Part shown: positions 1 to 13,547 of the stretch, one piece after another
How positions within the stretch are numbered: position 1 is the stretch's first letter
Layout: each line of letters starts with the position of its first letter
Assembly (NCBI GenBank): GCA_031265765.1
Contig: JAISCE010000003.1
Location: forward strand, 11,738 to 75,737
Length of the DNA stretch: 64,000 bases
Direction of reading: 5' to 3'
Origin: Azoarcus sp.
GTDB lineage: Bacteria > Pseudomonadota > Gammaproteobacteria > Burkholderiales > Rhodocyclaceae
Notes under the pieces: model-generated
The model's database searches: none
Told to the model about the DNA's origin: nothing
The model's input: the letters and a program-made list of their open reading frames with translations, nothing else
Position numbers and translations under genes: made by a program

Positions 1-3000
1 TGACTGATCCAAGACTTTATGAGTGGAAGTACACCCGCGTGTATTTAGAAAAAGTCGATGATCCCAATCGTGGTAAAAGCAATAACTTTTGCACGGATTC
101 GACCGATATTACTAATATAAAAGCTAATGGATCGGGTCTCGCAATGGCATTCTCTCTGTTCGGCGACGACGATTTTTCAAAGGCAAACCGCAAGGCGCTG
201 GAGTCGTTGCCTTCCGGCGACTACAAGCTTTCGATCCAGGCTTTCAATACAGAAGCTCTGTGCACAGGAAACAAGACCTCGATGAGCGAGCTCACCAACA
301 TCAATGGCTCCCTGAGGCTGAAAGCCGTTCAGGAAATCGTCTCCGCCACGGTCAATGGCGCTGCTTCGTCCTGGCTGCAACCGGGAGAAAAGTTTGATTT
401 GGGCGTCGTCCTGAAAAACAACCGGCCGGGTACGGATAAGAGCGCGCGCCTGAATCGGGTCGAATGGTTGATCGCCACTGCGCCGCCCGCGCCCACGGCG
501 ACCAATCATGCGCCGGGCATGAATTGCGCGGAACCCGGTACGACTTCCAGCGGTTTCAGCGGAACGTTCTCCTCGAATAGCGTCGTGACTGTGCCGGCAG
601 GCACCGCTTACGGCACCTACAACCTGTATCTGCGAGGGAACGGTAATAGTTCATGCACTGCGTCGGCGAGTAATGATTATCCGATTTCGCCGCTGTTCGT
701 GTTGAAGAACGCCATCACGGTCGAGCCGGGGATACGGCATATCAAGATGACGCCCTCGCAGCCGCCGCCGCAGCCGCCGGTCACGGTGGGCAGAAACGAC
801 GTCACCGTCATATGGGAAGTGAAGTTCTTGCAGCCGGTCGCGGGCGTGAACACGAATGCTTTCCGTCTCATCTCGTCGGGCGTCGGCGCGTCCGGCGCGA
901 GCATCGTTTCCATAATGGGGGTGGGGGACACTTATTATGTGACGACGAAGGTTCCGGCGGGTAGTGTCGCGCCGGATCAACTGGCCAGCCTGCGACTGGA
1001 TTTCCATGACGACGACAGTGTCCGGACCGTGACGGGGAATCGTCCGATGGGCGGGCCGGGCCAGGGCAACGGCAATTTCACCGGAGAGACGTATGCGCTC
1101 AGGGGCACGATCTGCGGTGAATCCAATGTCATTTGGTGCGACGACTTCGAGCGTTCGGTGCAGGGCGCAGCGAGATCGAATCTGGTCGGCAATGGTTGGG
1201 TGGCGGCGTCGCCCCATAGCGATTGCGAATCTCATGCGCCGGCCAGCAACGCCCAACCCGACGCGGGCGGCTGCGCGGGGATCGACAGCGACATCAAGCC
1301 CTATCACCTCTATGCCAACCTGCGCGCCAACAGTAGCCGGAGCATGTTCAACCGCTGGCGGGAGCATACGGTGACGAGCGAGGTTATCGACCTTTCCGGC
1401 CTGTCCGCCGATACGGTGGTGGAACTCAGTTACTGGCTCCGGCGCGGCGACGACGATTTCGCCGAAAAACCGGATCTGTCGACGGACAATTTCATTACCA
1501 AATACCTGGACAGGAACAACCAGTGGCAAATACTGGCCCGTTATCGCAGTACGAATGGGAAGGGCGTGGCGGGCGAGGTGCTGCGGCCGGTGTTCCAGTT
1601 GCCGGCGGAGGCGCTCTGGAGCGGCTTTCGCCTGCGCTTCGAGCAGGCGCACGGTTCCGGCTCCACCAGCCATTCCAATGCCGGCAAGGTCAATGGATAC
1701 GATTACTGGTTCATCGACGATGTGGTGCTGCGCCGGGTCGACATGCCGCGCTATGTAGGCGGTTTTTGCGACAATTTCGAGGCGCCGGCGGCCAGCCTGA
1801 AGCAATGGACGTTCAACCAGGAGGACATCTCGACCGGCGCGGGATCGGGTCTGCGGATCGGCGATGCGGGCGTGACCGGAGATGTCTACCCCGCCAGCGG
1901 GTCGCCGAATCATTCCCTTTTCCTGCGCTGGAGCTACATCGTGGCGTCCACCCTGCGCATCGACACGCGCGGCCTTGGCGGGAACATACGCTACGTGGCG
2001 CAGCGCGGCATGAAGGATCCGCCCGATACGATCAACGGCGCGGACGTGAATAAAACATGCATCTATACGACCGCGGACAAGGAGGACTCATTCGTTTCCG
2101 AATATTTCGGAGCCGACGGGAAATGGCATACGCTGGACAGCATTGCCGGCAAGGACTCGGACACTCGCTGCGGCGAGGATATAAGCTATACCTCGGCGCC
2201 GCTCTCCGGCCTGCCCCAGGCGCAGCACGAGAATTTCCGCCTGCGTTTCCGGCAGCTTTCCTATTCTTCCGGCCAAAATGGCAATGACCACAAGGATTAT
2301 TGGCTGGTCGACGATGTGTGCATCGGCAGGACGGACGGGGCCTTTCCCCGCGCCGATCTGGAACTGACGAAAACCAGGGAAAACTCGCTCTATCCGGGAG
2401 GTATCGGTATCTATGTGCTGAGTGTGAAAAACAATGGTCCCGACCGGATGCGAGGTACTTTGGAGGTCGTGGACACGCTGCCCACGGAAATGCGTTTTCA
2501 CGATTTCCAGGGAACGGGCTGGTTCTGCGAGGCCGCCGGGCAAACGGTGACATGCAGTTGGAACGGCGATCTGGAAAAAGGGCAGCGCGCGCCGGATCTG
2601 CGTATCTACGCCCTGGTGTCGGAGAGCGCCTCCGGCACGCTGAAGAACAAAGGGACGCTGTCGAGCGGCGCGGTCGACGATCCGGCGCCCGGCAACAATA
2701 CCGACGATGACGAAGGCGTAATAGAGGCGATATATTTCGCCTTCACCAAGGGGCAATGCAAAGACGGCCAGGCAATCGAGGACATGACATCAGAGGCCGC
2801 TTGCAGCCGCTACAGGTTCGCCGGGCTGGCGGGCGAGGCTCGGAGCGGCATCTATATCACCCATGTCAATGCGTCGGGAACCGCCGCCGCGCGTCTTTCT
2901 TCCAGCGCGAGCACAGCCATGAGGCTCGAATTCGCGCTGCGCTGCGTCGATCCATCCCGACCGCCGCCGCAAGGGGCGGTCAATGCCACGTTTGGCGCGG

Positions 3001-4673
3001 GATCGCCCCTGCTCCTGAACGTGTGTGCCGATAGCGGCGGAACGCCGCTCTGGAATACGGTGAACCCGTTGTCGGTGACGTTCGCGGCGGACGAAGCGAC
3101 CGTGAGCGGCGTCTACAGCTTTTTCTACGAAGATGTGGGCAGGCTGGAATTGCTCGTGCGCGTCGCGGGGGACAACACCAGAAAAGGCGGCAGCGGCGTT
3201 TTTGTGCGAAAGCCCGCCGCGCTGGTGTTGAAAGATGTGCGCTGCGCGGACGGCACACCCAATCCGGCTGCGACGGGGGCGGGCGGCACCCGTTTCTGCC
3301 GTGCCGGGCAGCCGTTCGGGATGACGCTGGAGGCACAATCCGTGCAGGGAAACGGCGCGCCCAATTTCGGCTATGAAAATGTGCCCAAGGGCATATTCCT
3401 GGAAAAACGCCTGTGGCTGCCGCAGGATGGGAGCGCCCACGATCCCGATCTTGCCTTGCGGGGCGTGAGCGGCTTCACGAATGGCGCGGTCACGATCACG
3501 GAGCAATCCTGGCCGGAAGTCGGCATCATCGCCATCACCCCCCGGCTGGGCGATGCCGCCGCGGACGGCGGCATGATACTGAGCGATCGATATCTGGACG
3601 CGGGCGACGTGCTATCGGAAAAAGTCATCGTCGGCCGGTTTTATCCCAGCCATTTCCAGACCGAAACCGGCGGCGCGGGCCGCATGGAATGCCCGCCCGG
3701 CATGAGTTGCCCCGAAGGCGGTTTCTTCTATGCCGGCCAGCCTTTCGACCTGACGGTGAAAGCCTGCCTCTATGGGGACGAAACCTGCGTCGGACGGTTG
3801 GAAAATTATCGCGGCGATTTTGCGGCGACGGTCAAGCTGAGCGCCTGGGGCGTGCGCGGATCGAATGCGGAGGCGGACCGGAATCCGCCCGATGCCGGCG
3901 CGAACGGCGGGTATCTGGAACCCGTGCCGGGCAAGGGCTTGAGCGCCGCGGTCATTCCGGGCGATAAATTCGCGGGCGGCGATGGGTTCGGGGGACTTTT
4001 CACCGGCTCGTTCAGATATGCCCATACTTTCAAGACCCGGCCCGTCGAGCCGACCGATGTCTACATCCGCGCCGCGGAAGACGGGCGCGACAGCGTGAGT
4101 TCCCGCCGGCCCGCCGCGGCGGATCGTTCGCCGGAAGGCGGCATCAGGCTCGCGCGCGGTCGCCTCCTGCTGTCCAACAGCTTCGGTTCGGAAAAGGACG
4201 CTCTGGAAATACCCGTGCAAGTCCAGTTCTGGGACTGCTTCGGCGTCGACCGCTGCGACTGGACGGCGAGCGCGACGGACACGACCCGGATCGAACCGGA
4301 TTCCGGCCTGGCCGACGCGGACAAGCGGGCGGCGCTCGCGGTTTCCCTGCATCCGGTACAAGGCATCGCCACGATGCCGGAAGTCGACAGGCTCGAACTC
4401 TCCGGCGGCGCGGGCAGGATCGTCCTGCTGTCGCCCGGCGGCGCGGGAAGCCTCAATGTGAGCGTCAATCTGGGCGATACCGTCGAAGACAATGCCTGCG
4501 ACCATGCAGCCGGGGCGCGGGAAGGCGCGGCGGCGAAAGTCCCCTGGCTGCGCGCCTGGAACGGCGTTTGCGCGGGAGCGCAGTCCGGCGAGGCCGACCC
4601 GTCCGCGCGCGCCACATTCGGGACTTACTCCGGCGAAAGACGACGGTCCGTACATAGCCGGGAACTATATTGA
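1..4673 (+). CDS. Large surface/pilus-associated protein, MshQ-like (LamG-like jelly-roll plus DUF11/TIGR01451-type repeat). 5' end lies beyond the window edge; the frame is open back to nt 3.
   Basis: 1544-aa ORF with no upstream in-frame stop. Contains a LamG-like segment (NGWVAASPHSDCESH...YWLRRGDDDF) and a DUF11-like repeat (GIYVLSVKNNGPDRMRGTLEVVDTLP...TVTCSWNGDL) typical of MSHA-pilus MshQ proteins. Assigned by pattern recognition only. Confidence 0.4.
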   Translation, partial: TDPRLYEWKYTRVYLEKVDDPNRGKSNNFCTDSTDITNIKANGSGLAMAFSLFGDDDFSKANRKALESLPSGDYKLSIQAFNTEALCTGNKTSMSELTNINGSLRLKAVQEIVSATVNGAASSWLQPGEKFDLGVVLKNNRPGTDKSARLNRVEWLIATAPPAPTATNHAPGMNCAEPGTTSSGFSGTFSSNSVVTVPAGTAYGTYNLYLRGNGNSSCTASASNDYPISPLFVLKNAITVEPGIRHIKMTPSQPPPQPPVTVGRNDVTVIWEVKFLQPVAGVNTNAFRLISSGVGASGASIVSIMGVGDTYYVTTKVPAGSVAPDQLASLRLDFHDDDSVRTVTGNRPMGGPGQGNGNFTGETYALRGTICGESNVIWCDDFERSVQGAARSNLVGNGWVAASPHSDCESHAPASNAQPDAGGCAGIDSDIKPYHLYANLRANSSRSMFNRWREHTVTSEVIDLSGLSADTVVELSYWLRRGDDDFAEKPDLSTDNFITKYLDRNNQWQILARYRSTNGKGVAGEVLRPVFQLPAEALWSGFRLRFEQAHGSGSTSHSNAGKVNGYDYWFIDDVVLRRVDMPRYVGGFCDNFEAPAASLKQWTFNQEDISTGAGSGLRIGDAGVTGDVYPASGSPNHSLFLRWSYIVASTLRIDTRGLGGNIRYVAQRGMKDPPDTINGADVNKTCIYTTADKEDSFVSEYFGADGKWHTLDSIAGKDSDTRCGEDISYTSAPLSGLPQAQHENFRLRFRQLSYSSGQNGNDHKDYWLVDDVCIGRTDGAFPRADLELTKTRENSLYPGGIGIYVLSVKNNGPDRMRGTLEVVDTLPTEMRFHDFQGTGWFCEAAGQTVTCSWNGDLEKGQRAPDLRIYALVSESASGTLKNKGTLSSGAVDDPAPGNNTDDDEGVIEAIYFAFTKGQCKDGQAIEDMTSEAACSRYRFAGLAGEARSGIYITHVNASGTAAARLSSSASTAMRLEFALRCVDPSRPPPQGAVNATFGAGSPLLLNVCADSGGTPLWNTVNPLSVTFAADEATVSGVYSFFYEDVGRLELLVRVAGDNTRKGGSGVFVRKPAALVLKDVRCADGTPNPAATGAGGTRFCRAGQPFGMTLEAQSVQGNGAPNFGYENVPKGIFLEKRLWLPQDGSAHDPDLALRGVSGFTNGAVTITEQSWPEVGIIAITPRLGDAAADGGMILSDRYLDAGDVLSEKVIVGRFYPSHFQTETGGAGRMECPPGMSCPEGGFFYAGQPFDLTVKACLYGDETCVGRLENYRGDFAATVKLSAWGVRGSNAEADRNPPDAGANGGYLEPVPGKGLSAAVIPGDKFAGGDGFGGLFTGSFRYAHTFKTRPVEPTDVYIRAAEDGRDSVSSRRPAAADRSPEGGIRLARGRLLLSNSFGSEKDALEIPVQVQFWDCFGVDRCDWTASATDTTRIEPDSGLADADKRAALAVSLHPVQGIATMPEVDRLELSGGAGRIVLLSPGGAGSLNVSVNLGDTVEDNACDHAAGAREGAAAKVPWLRAWNGVCAGAQSGEADPSARATFGTYSGERRRSVHSRELY

Positions 4674-4800
4674 GCAATGGATTCGCCGCCTTTGCGGAGA
4701 GGCGGGATCGTTCCATCGCGGCTGGCATTCCACGATTGCCAGCCGCGGCGGAATGGCGCACCATCGCGCATTATTTCCGTCATGATTCCATGGCTTTCCC

Positions 4801-5871
4801 ATGCGTCCCGCACGTGCGTTGATCGACCTGGATGCCCTGCGCCACAACTACCGCCTTGCCCGCGAGCGCCACGGCGGGCGGGCTTTTGCCGTAGTCAAGG
4901 CCAACGCCTACGGGCATGGCGCGCTTGCCTGCGCCCAGGCGCTGGCCGGCGAGGCCGATGGCTACGCCGTCGCCTTTCTCGATGAGGCGCTTGCCCTGCG
5001 CGCCGACGGCATCGAAGCGCCGATCCTGCTGCTGGAAGGTGTGTTCGATGTCGCCGAGTTGATGGAAGCCGCCGACCACAAGCTGTGGCTGGCGGTTCAT
5101 CACCCGGCGCAGGTGGAGATGATCGAAAAAACGCCGCTGTCCGCGCCGTTGCGCGTCTGGATCAAGGTCAACAGCGGCATGAATCGCGCCGGTTTCCTTC
5201 CCGCCGCGGTGCGCATGGTCTGGAAGCGCCTCGTCGTCGGCGGCAAGGTGAAGGATTGCGGCTTCATGACGCATTTCGCCCGCGCCGACGAGCCGGATGC
5301 CGAGGCCACCGCCGAACAGATCCGCGTGTTCGACGCCGCCACGCGCAGCTTGCCCGGCGCGCGCAGCCTCGCCAATTCCGGCGCGATCCTCGCCTGGCCG
5401 GACTCGCACCGCGACTGGGCGCGTCCCGGCATCATGCTCTACGGCGCAGACCCGCTTCCGGGAGAAGACCATGGGCTGCTTCCGGTGATGACGTTGGCAA
5501 GCAACGTCGTTGCCGTGCGCGAACTGGCGGCGGGTGATCCGCTCGGCTATGGCGCGCGTTTCATCGCCCCGCGGCAAACGCGGGTCGGACTCGTTGCCAT
5601 GGGCTATGCCGACGGCTATCCGCGCGCCGCGCCCGACCGTGTTCCCGTGGCCGTCGATGGCCGGATCGCCCCGCTGATCGGGCGGGTGTCGATGGACATG
5701 TTGACCGTCGACCTCACCGATTTGCCGGACGCGGGCATCGGCAGCGCGGTCGAGCTGTGGGGCAAGCAGATTTCCGTCAACGGCATCGCGCAATCCGCGG
5801 GCACGATTTCCTACGAACTGCTGTGCAACGTGAAGCGGGTCAGTTTCGCCTGGGAAGGCGGCAAGGGCTGA
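4801..5871 (+). CDS. alr: Alanine racemase
   Basis: PLP-binding motif VVKANAYGHG near the N-terminus. 356 aa, with full-length similarity to Alr/DadX. Confidence 0.9.
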   Translation: MRPARALIDLDALRHNYRLARERHGGRAFAVVKANAYGHGALACAQALAGEADGYAVAFLDEALALRADGIEAPILLLEGVFDVAELMEAADHKLWLAVHHPAQVEMIEKTPLSAPLRVWIKVNSGMNRAGFLPAAVRMVWKRLVVGGKVKDCGFMTHFARADEPDAEATAEQIRVFDAATRSLPGARSLANSGAILAWPDSHRDWARPGIMLYGADPLPGEDHGLLPVMTLASNVVAVRELAAGDPLGYGARFIAPRQTRVGLVAMGYADGYPRAAPDRVPVAVDGRIAPLIGRVSMDMLTVDLTDLPDAGIGSAVELWGKQISVNGIAQSAGTISYELLCNVKRVSFAWEGGKG

Positions 5872-5972
5872 AACGCATGTACAGGCTGGAAAAGACGAGA
5901 GAGGCGGTCTGCGCGCGCTACAAAAGAGTTTACAGGCATGAAAACGCACACTACAATGCGCGCTCTTTCGAC

Positions 5973-6048
<76 letters not shown>

Positions 6049-6081
6049 TCCAGACGTCTTGAACGATGTCAGGTCGTCCAG

Positions 6082-6113
6082 AAAACCCTGCTGCTGCGGG
6101 GTTTTTTATTATT
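6082..6113 (+). terminator. Rho-independent terminator after tRNA-Ala
   Basis: aaaaccc-N10-gggtttt hairpin followed by TTTTTTATTATT. Confidence 0.6.
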
Positions 6114-6265
6114 CCGTCGTCTCACTGTGTATTGGCCAGTCCCGGAATTCCCTGGCGTTGAACGGCTGGAAGCGTGAGGATCGTTCGTTGGACTTGTCTT
6201 GTTTGTCCTCGGTTCGCGGGCTATCATTCTGTATGTGGCTACGGTAGCTACACAGGAGGGCGAAC

Positions 6266-6532
6266 ATGGCGACTTCGACATTTTCAAGCCGGGAGTTCAA
6301 CAACAAGGTCGGCGAGGCAAAGCGGGCGGCGTTGGACGGGCCGGTGTTCATCACGGATCACGGCGAGCCAAAGCACGTTCTCCTGACGTTCGAGGATTTC
6401 AAGGCCATGAACGGGAAGCGGCACAGCATCGTCGACGCCATCATGGCGATGCCGCTGATCGAGGGGCTTGCCGAAGTTGAGTTCGACACGCACATTCCGA
6501 GCGATTTCCCGCGAGCGGCAGTGTTTGAGTGA
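6266..6532 (+). CDS. Type II antitoxin (Phd/YefM or VapB-like, prevent-host-death family)
   Basis: 88 aa. Strong RBS AGGAGGG 6 nt upstream. Overlaps the PIN toxin by 4 nt (GTGA). Confidence 0.7.
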   Translation: MATSTFSSREFNNKVGEAKRAALDGPVFITDHGEPKHVLLTFEDFKAMNGKRHSIVDAIMAMPLIEGLAEVEFDTHIPSDFPRAAVFE

Positions 6533-6951
6533 GTTATCTGCTCGACACCAACGTCGTCTCCGAGATGAGAAAGATGAGAGGCGGAAAGGCCGATCCGCGC
6601 GTCGTTGCGTGGCTCGGCGGCGTGGATAAAAGCGAGTTGTTCATCTCCGTCGTCACGCTGGCGGAGCTTGAGTTTGGCACTCGGCGCATGGAGCGTCAGG
6701 ACGCGGCTCAGGGAGCCTTGTTGCGGTCATGGATGGAAGGTTTCGTTTTGCGCGTGTTCGCCAGGCAAATTCTGCTCGTGACCGAGGACATCGCGTTGCG
6801 CTGCGGACAACTGCATTTTCCGAATCCTCGCCCGTGGCGCGACGCTTTTATTGCGGCCGCCGCGCTGGTTCATAAACTGCCGGTCGTGACCCGAAACGTT
6901 GAAGATTTTGAACGGATGGACGTGACGGTCATCAACCCTTGGGCGGGCTGA
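6529..6951 (+). CDS. vapC: PIN-domain toxin VapC/FitB-like
   Basis: N-terminal LLDTNVVSE motif (PIN acidic residues). 140 aa, translationally coupled to the upstream antitoxin. Confidence 0.8.
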   Translation: MSYLLDTNVVSEMRKMRGGKADPRVVAWLGGVDKSELFISVVTLAELEFGTRRMERQDAAQGALLRSWMEGFVLRVFARQILLVTEDIALRCGQLHFPNPRPWRDAFIAAAALVHKLPVVTRNVEDFERMDVTVINPWAG

Positions 6952-7097
6952 AGCGACGAAACCGGATATTTCAACGGTATTGTTTGCCTGCAAGCGTTTT
7001 GCGGCGATGATTCCGGATCGGGCGCCTTCCTCCTTTTCCGGCGGAACGTTGCCGATCGTCGCAGTCGTTGAATCTCGAAGTTGGCGGCAGAAAGGTG

Positions 7098-7125
7098 TTT
7101 ACTCAACCGGGAGTTTTGGTAGAAT
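7098..7125 (+). promoter_or_regulatory. Sigma70-like promoter for tRNA-Glu (TTTACT-16 nt-TAGAAT, GC-rich discriminator)
   Basis: Near-consensus -35/-10 about 85 nt upstream of the tRNA, followed by CGCGCCC. Confidence 0.4.
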
Positions 7126-7205
7126 CGCGCCCTTCACAGCAGACCAAGTAGCTTGGTTTTCTGGGATACGCCAGGATTCAAGGCGTTGTTGTTGGCAGCA
7201 CCGTA

Positions 7206-7281
7206 GTCCCCATCGTCTAGAGGCCTAGGACACCGCCCTTTCACGGCGATAACCGGGGTTCGAATCCCCGTGGGGACGCCA
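7206..7281 (+). tRNA. tRNA-Glu (anticodon TTC)
   Basis: Near-identical to canonical bacterial tRNA-Glu (GTCCCC...CCCTTTCACGG...GGTTCGAATCC...GGGGACGCCA). Confidence 0.9.
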
Positions 7282-7383
7282 CGCTTGCGTGGCAGTGGGC
7301 AGACAGGCTGGTATGTGGCGTTCGTCACATCCAGCTTTGTTTTTCCGGGCGGTCTGATGTGCATGTACTCGATTTGGCCGTAA

Positions 7384-9156
<1,773 letters not shown>

Positions 9157-9163
9157 CGACAAA

Positions 9164-10003
9164 ATGAAACTATGCGGCTTCGAGGCCGGTCTCGACCAGC
9201 CTCTTTTCCTGATCGCCGGTCCTTGCGTGGCCGAATCGGCGCAGCTTTGCGTGGACGTGGCCGGGCGCATGCGGGAAATCTGCGCCAGCCTGGGCATCCC
9301 CTACATTTTCAAGGCGTCCTACGATAAGGCCAACCGCAGTTCGGGCAAGAGTTTTCGCGGGCACGGCATCGAGGCGGGGCTGAAGATTCTTGCCGAGGTC
9401 AAGGCGCAGATCGGTGTGCCGGTGCTGACCGATGTGCACGCCGAGGCCGAAATCGCCGAGGCGGCGGCGGTGGCCGATGTGTTGCAAACGCCGGCCTTCC
9501 TCTGCCGCCAGACCGATTTCATTCATGCGGCGGCGGCGGCGGGCCGTCCGGTCAATATCAAGAAAGGCCAGTTCCTTGCGCCCGGCGACATGAAAAACGT
9601 GGTCGCCAAGGCGCGGGAAGCCAGTGGCGGCGGCGACGCCATCATGGTGTGCGAGCGCGGCGTCTCCTTCGGCTACAACAACCTTGTCGCCGACATGAGA
9701 TCGCTGGCGATCCTGCGCGAAACCGGTTGCCCGGTGGTGTTCGACGCCACGCATTCGGTGCAGTTGCCGGGCGGGCAAGGCACGGCCTCGGGCGGACAGC
9801 GCGAGTTCGTGCCGGTGCTGGCGCGCGCGGCGGTCGCGGTGGGGATCGCGGGGATTTTCATGGAAACCCATCCGAGTCCCGACAAGGCGCTTTCCGACGG
9901 GCCGAACAGTTGGCCGCTTGAACGCATGGCGGCGCTGCTGGCGACGCTGAAGGAACTCGACCGGCTGGCGAAATCCGCCTTGCTCCTGGAACAGCCGGAC
10001 TGA
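9164..10003 (+). CDS. kdsA: 3-deoxy-8-phosphooctulonate synthase
   Basis: [17 protein letters not shown] motif. GGAGGA RBS 10 nt upstream of the ATG at 9164. Confidence 0.85.
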   Translation: MKLCGFEAGLDQPLFLIAGPCVAESAQLCVDVAGRMREICASLGIPYIFKASYDKANRSSGKSFRGHGIEAGLKILAEVKAQIGVPVLTDVHAEAEIAEAAAVADVLQTPAFLCRQTDFIHAAAAAGRPVNIKKGQFLAPGDMKNVVAKAREASGGGDAIMVCERGVSFGYNNLVADMRSLAILRETGCPVVFDATHSVQLPGGQGTASGGQREFVPVLARAAVAVGIAGIFMETHPSPDKALSDGPNSWPLERMAALLATLKELDRLAKSALLLEQPD

Positions 10004-11323
<1,320 letters not shown>

Positions 11324-11390
11324 CACCGGGGCGGCGCTGGCGGGGTTTGTCCGCCGGCGCCGTCTTTCTCGATAGCATGAACGGTTTCAT

Positions 11391-11735
11391 ATGCGCTGGC
11401 CCATTGCGATCCTTGTCGGACTTGTCGTCGTATTGCAGTACCCCTTGTGGCTGGGCCGTGGCGGGTGGTTGCGCGCATGGGAAATCGAAAAGGATTTGCA
11501 GGCGCAGCGCGAGCGCAACCGGAGCCTGGAAAACCGCAACGCCAGCCTCGACGCCGAAGTGGACGATCTCAAGACCGGGGCCGATGCCATCGAGGAGCGG
11601 GCGCGTTACGACCTGGGGCTGGTGCGTCCGGGAGAAATTTTCGTACAAGTGCCGCGCACGTCAGCGGCGCCCAGGATACTGCTACCCGATTCCGCCGGGC
11701 CTGCGCCGGTACCGGATGAATCCGGCCGGCGATGA
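11391..11735 (+). CDS. ftsB: Cell division protein FtsB
   Basis: 114 aa, N-terminal TM helix followed by a coiled coil. Conserved position after eno. Confidence 0.8.
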   Translation: MRWPIAILVGLVVVLQYPLWLGRGGWLRAWEIEKDLQAQRERNRSLENRNASLDAEVDDLKTGADAIEERARYDLGLVRPGEIFVQVPRTSAAPRILLPDSAGPAPVPDESGRR

Positions 11736-11851
11736 CCGGGCCGAAACGCCCATGAACGGATCGCCTCCGCTCGCCGCCTTCGTTTCGCGCTTTTCTCCGC
11801 CTGCCTTTCCGGCTAAAGTTCCGCGTCTCGCCAACCTGCCTTTTTATTGCC

Positions 11852-13381
11852 GTGCATCCTATTCGCCTTGCCAGGATCGTTTCCGTCAGCCTGCGATTCG
11901 GCCTTGACCGTGTAGTGCTCGATGCCGATTCGAGCGGTCGCCTCGTGCGCTGGTGGAGCAGGGTATTTTTCTGGCGGCGGTTCAGCGAATCGCGCGGGGT
12001 GCGCCTGCGCCGGGCGCTGGAGTCTCTCGGCCCTATTTTCATCAAGTTCGGGCAGGTGTTGTCGACGCGGCGCGATTTGCTGCCGCCCGATCTGGCGGAC
12101 GAACTCGCCTTGTTGCAGGATCGCGTGCCGCCTTTCCCGTCCGAGCAGGCCGTCGGTTTGCTGGAGGCGTTTTACGGCCGCCCGGTCGATGAGGTCTTCC
12201 GCCATTTCGAGCGCACGCCGATGGCTTCAGCCTCGGTGGCGCAAGTACATTTCGCCACGCTGCCCAATGGCGCGGATGTCGCCGTCAAGGTGCTGCGTCC
12301 CGGTGTCGGCAAGGTCATTTCCCATGATCTCGACTTGCTCGAAATTGGCGCGGCCCTGCTGGAAAAAGCCTGGCCCGAAAGCAGGCGGCTGAAGCCGCGC
12401 GAAGTGGTGGCCGAATTCGGCAAATCGCTGCGCGATGAACTCGACCTCATGCGCGAGGCGGCCAATTGTGCGCAACTGCGGCGCAATTTCAAGGATTCGT
12501 CGCTGCTCGTGGTGCCCGAGGTGTATTGGGACTGGTGCGGCCCTGGGGTCATGGTGATGGAGCGCATGCACGGCACGCCCATTTCACATATTCCCGTCCT
12601 GCTCGAACAGGGGATAGACCTCAAGGCGTTGTCGCGGGCCGGCGTCGAGATTTTCTTTACCCAGGTGTTCCGCGACGGGTTTTTCCACGCCGACATGCAT
12701 CCCGGCAATATCTTCGTGCACCGCGACGGTCGCTATGTCGCCCTCGATTTCGGCATCATGGGCACGCTCAGCGATGTCGACAAGGATTACCTTGCGCGCA
12801 ATTTTCTCTTTTTCTTCAAGCGCGATTACCGCGAGGTGGCGATAGCGCACATCGAAGCGGGCTGGGTGCCCGCGCATACCCGCGTCGATGAACTCGAAGC
12901 GGCCATCCGCACGGTGTGCGAGCCGATTTTCGACCGTCCGCTCAAGGACATCTCTTTCGGCAAGACCTTGCTGCGGCTGTTCCAGACCGCGCGGCGCTTT
13001 GAAATGGAAGTGCAGCCCCAACTCGTGCTGTTGCAGAAAACGCTGCTCAACATAGAAGGGCTTGGCCGCCAGCTCGATCCCGAACTCGATTTGTGGAAAA
13101 CCGCCAAGCCCTTCCTCGAACGCTGGATGCATGAACAGGTCGGCTGGCGCGCACTATTGCGCGAGGTGAAAAACGAAGCGCCGAACTGGGCCTCCATCCT
13201 GCCTCGCCTGCCCCGGCTCGTGCACCAGTCGTTGAGCGGCGAACGCCAGCAGTACATCGCATTCCAGCATCGACTCGACGAAATCGCCCGCCGCCAGCGG
13301 CGCGGCGCAGGCTTCGTCGCCGTTCTCGGCATGCTGATCGCCGCGCTCGCGGCATTCGAGATTTGGCGTTTCTTCGGATGA
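11852..13381 (+). CDS. ubiB: Ubiquinone biosynthesis protein kinase UbiB (ABC1 family), GTG start
   Basis: [37 protein letters not shown] motif typical of UbiB/ABC1. Confidence 0.85.
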   Translation: MHPIRLARIVSVSLRFGLDRVVLDADSSGRLVRWWSRVFFWRRFSESRGVRLRRALESLGPIFIKFGQVLSTRRDLLPPDLADELALLQDRVPPFPSEQAVGLLEAFYGRPVDEVFRHFERTPMASASVAQVHFATLPNGADVAVKVLRPGVGKVISHDLDLLEIGAALLEKAWPESRRLKPREVVAEFGKSLRDELDLMREAANCAQLRRNFKDSSLLVVPEVYWDWCGPGVMVMERMHGTPISHIPVLLEQGIDLKALSRAGVEIFFTQVFRDGFFHADMHPGNIFVHRDGRYVALDFGIMGTLSDVDKDYLARNFLFFFKRDYREVAIAHIEAGWVPAHTRVDELEAAIRTVCEPIFDRPLKDISFGKTLLRLFQTARRFEMEVQPQLVLLQKTLLNIEGLGRQLDPELDLWKTAKPFLERWMHEQVGWRALLREVKNEAPNWASILPRLPRLVHQSLSGERQQYIAFQHRLDEIARRQRRGAGFVAVLGMLIAALAAFEIWRFFG

Positions 13382-13547
13382 GCCTTGCGACCGGCTCCGA
13401 TTTTGCGCACTCCCAGCCCGCCTTTCCCGCGGGTGAAAACGCCCCAGCGGCAAGGGGGCCAGCCTTGGCGATATTTTTGCGGTCCATCGGGGCATTCGGC
13501 GCTAAACTGCCGCCGCTTCCGGTCGATGCCTTACCGAAATAACCGTC

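Noticed and set aside
4465-4985. Cluster of small overlapping ORFs at the MshQ-like/alr junction
   Set aside because: They overlap the 3' end of the large gene and the 5' end of alr in alternative frames with Arg/Pro-rich translations, so they are spurious.
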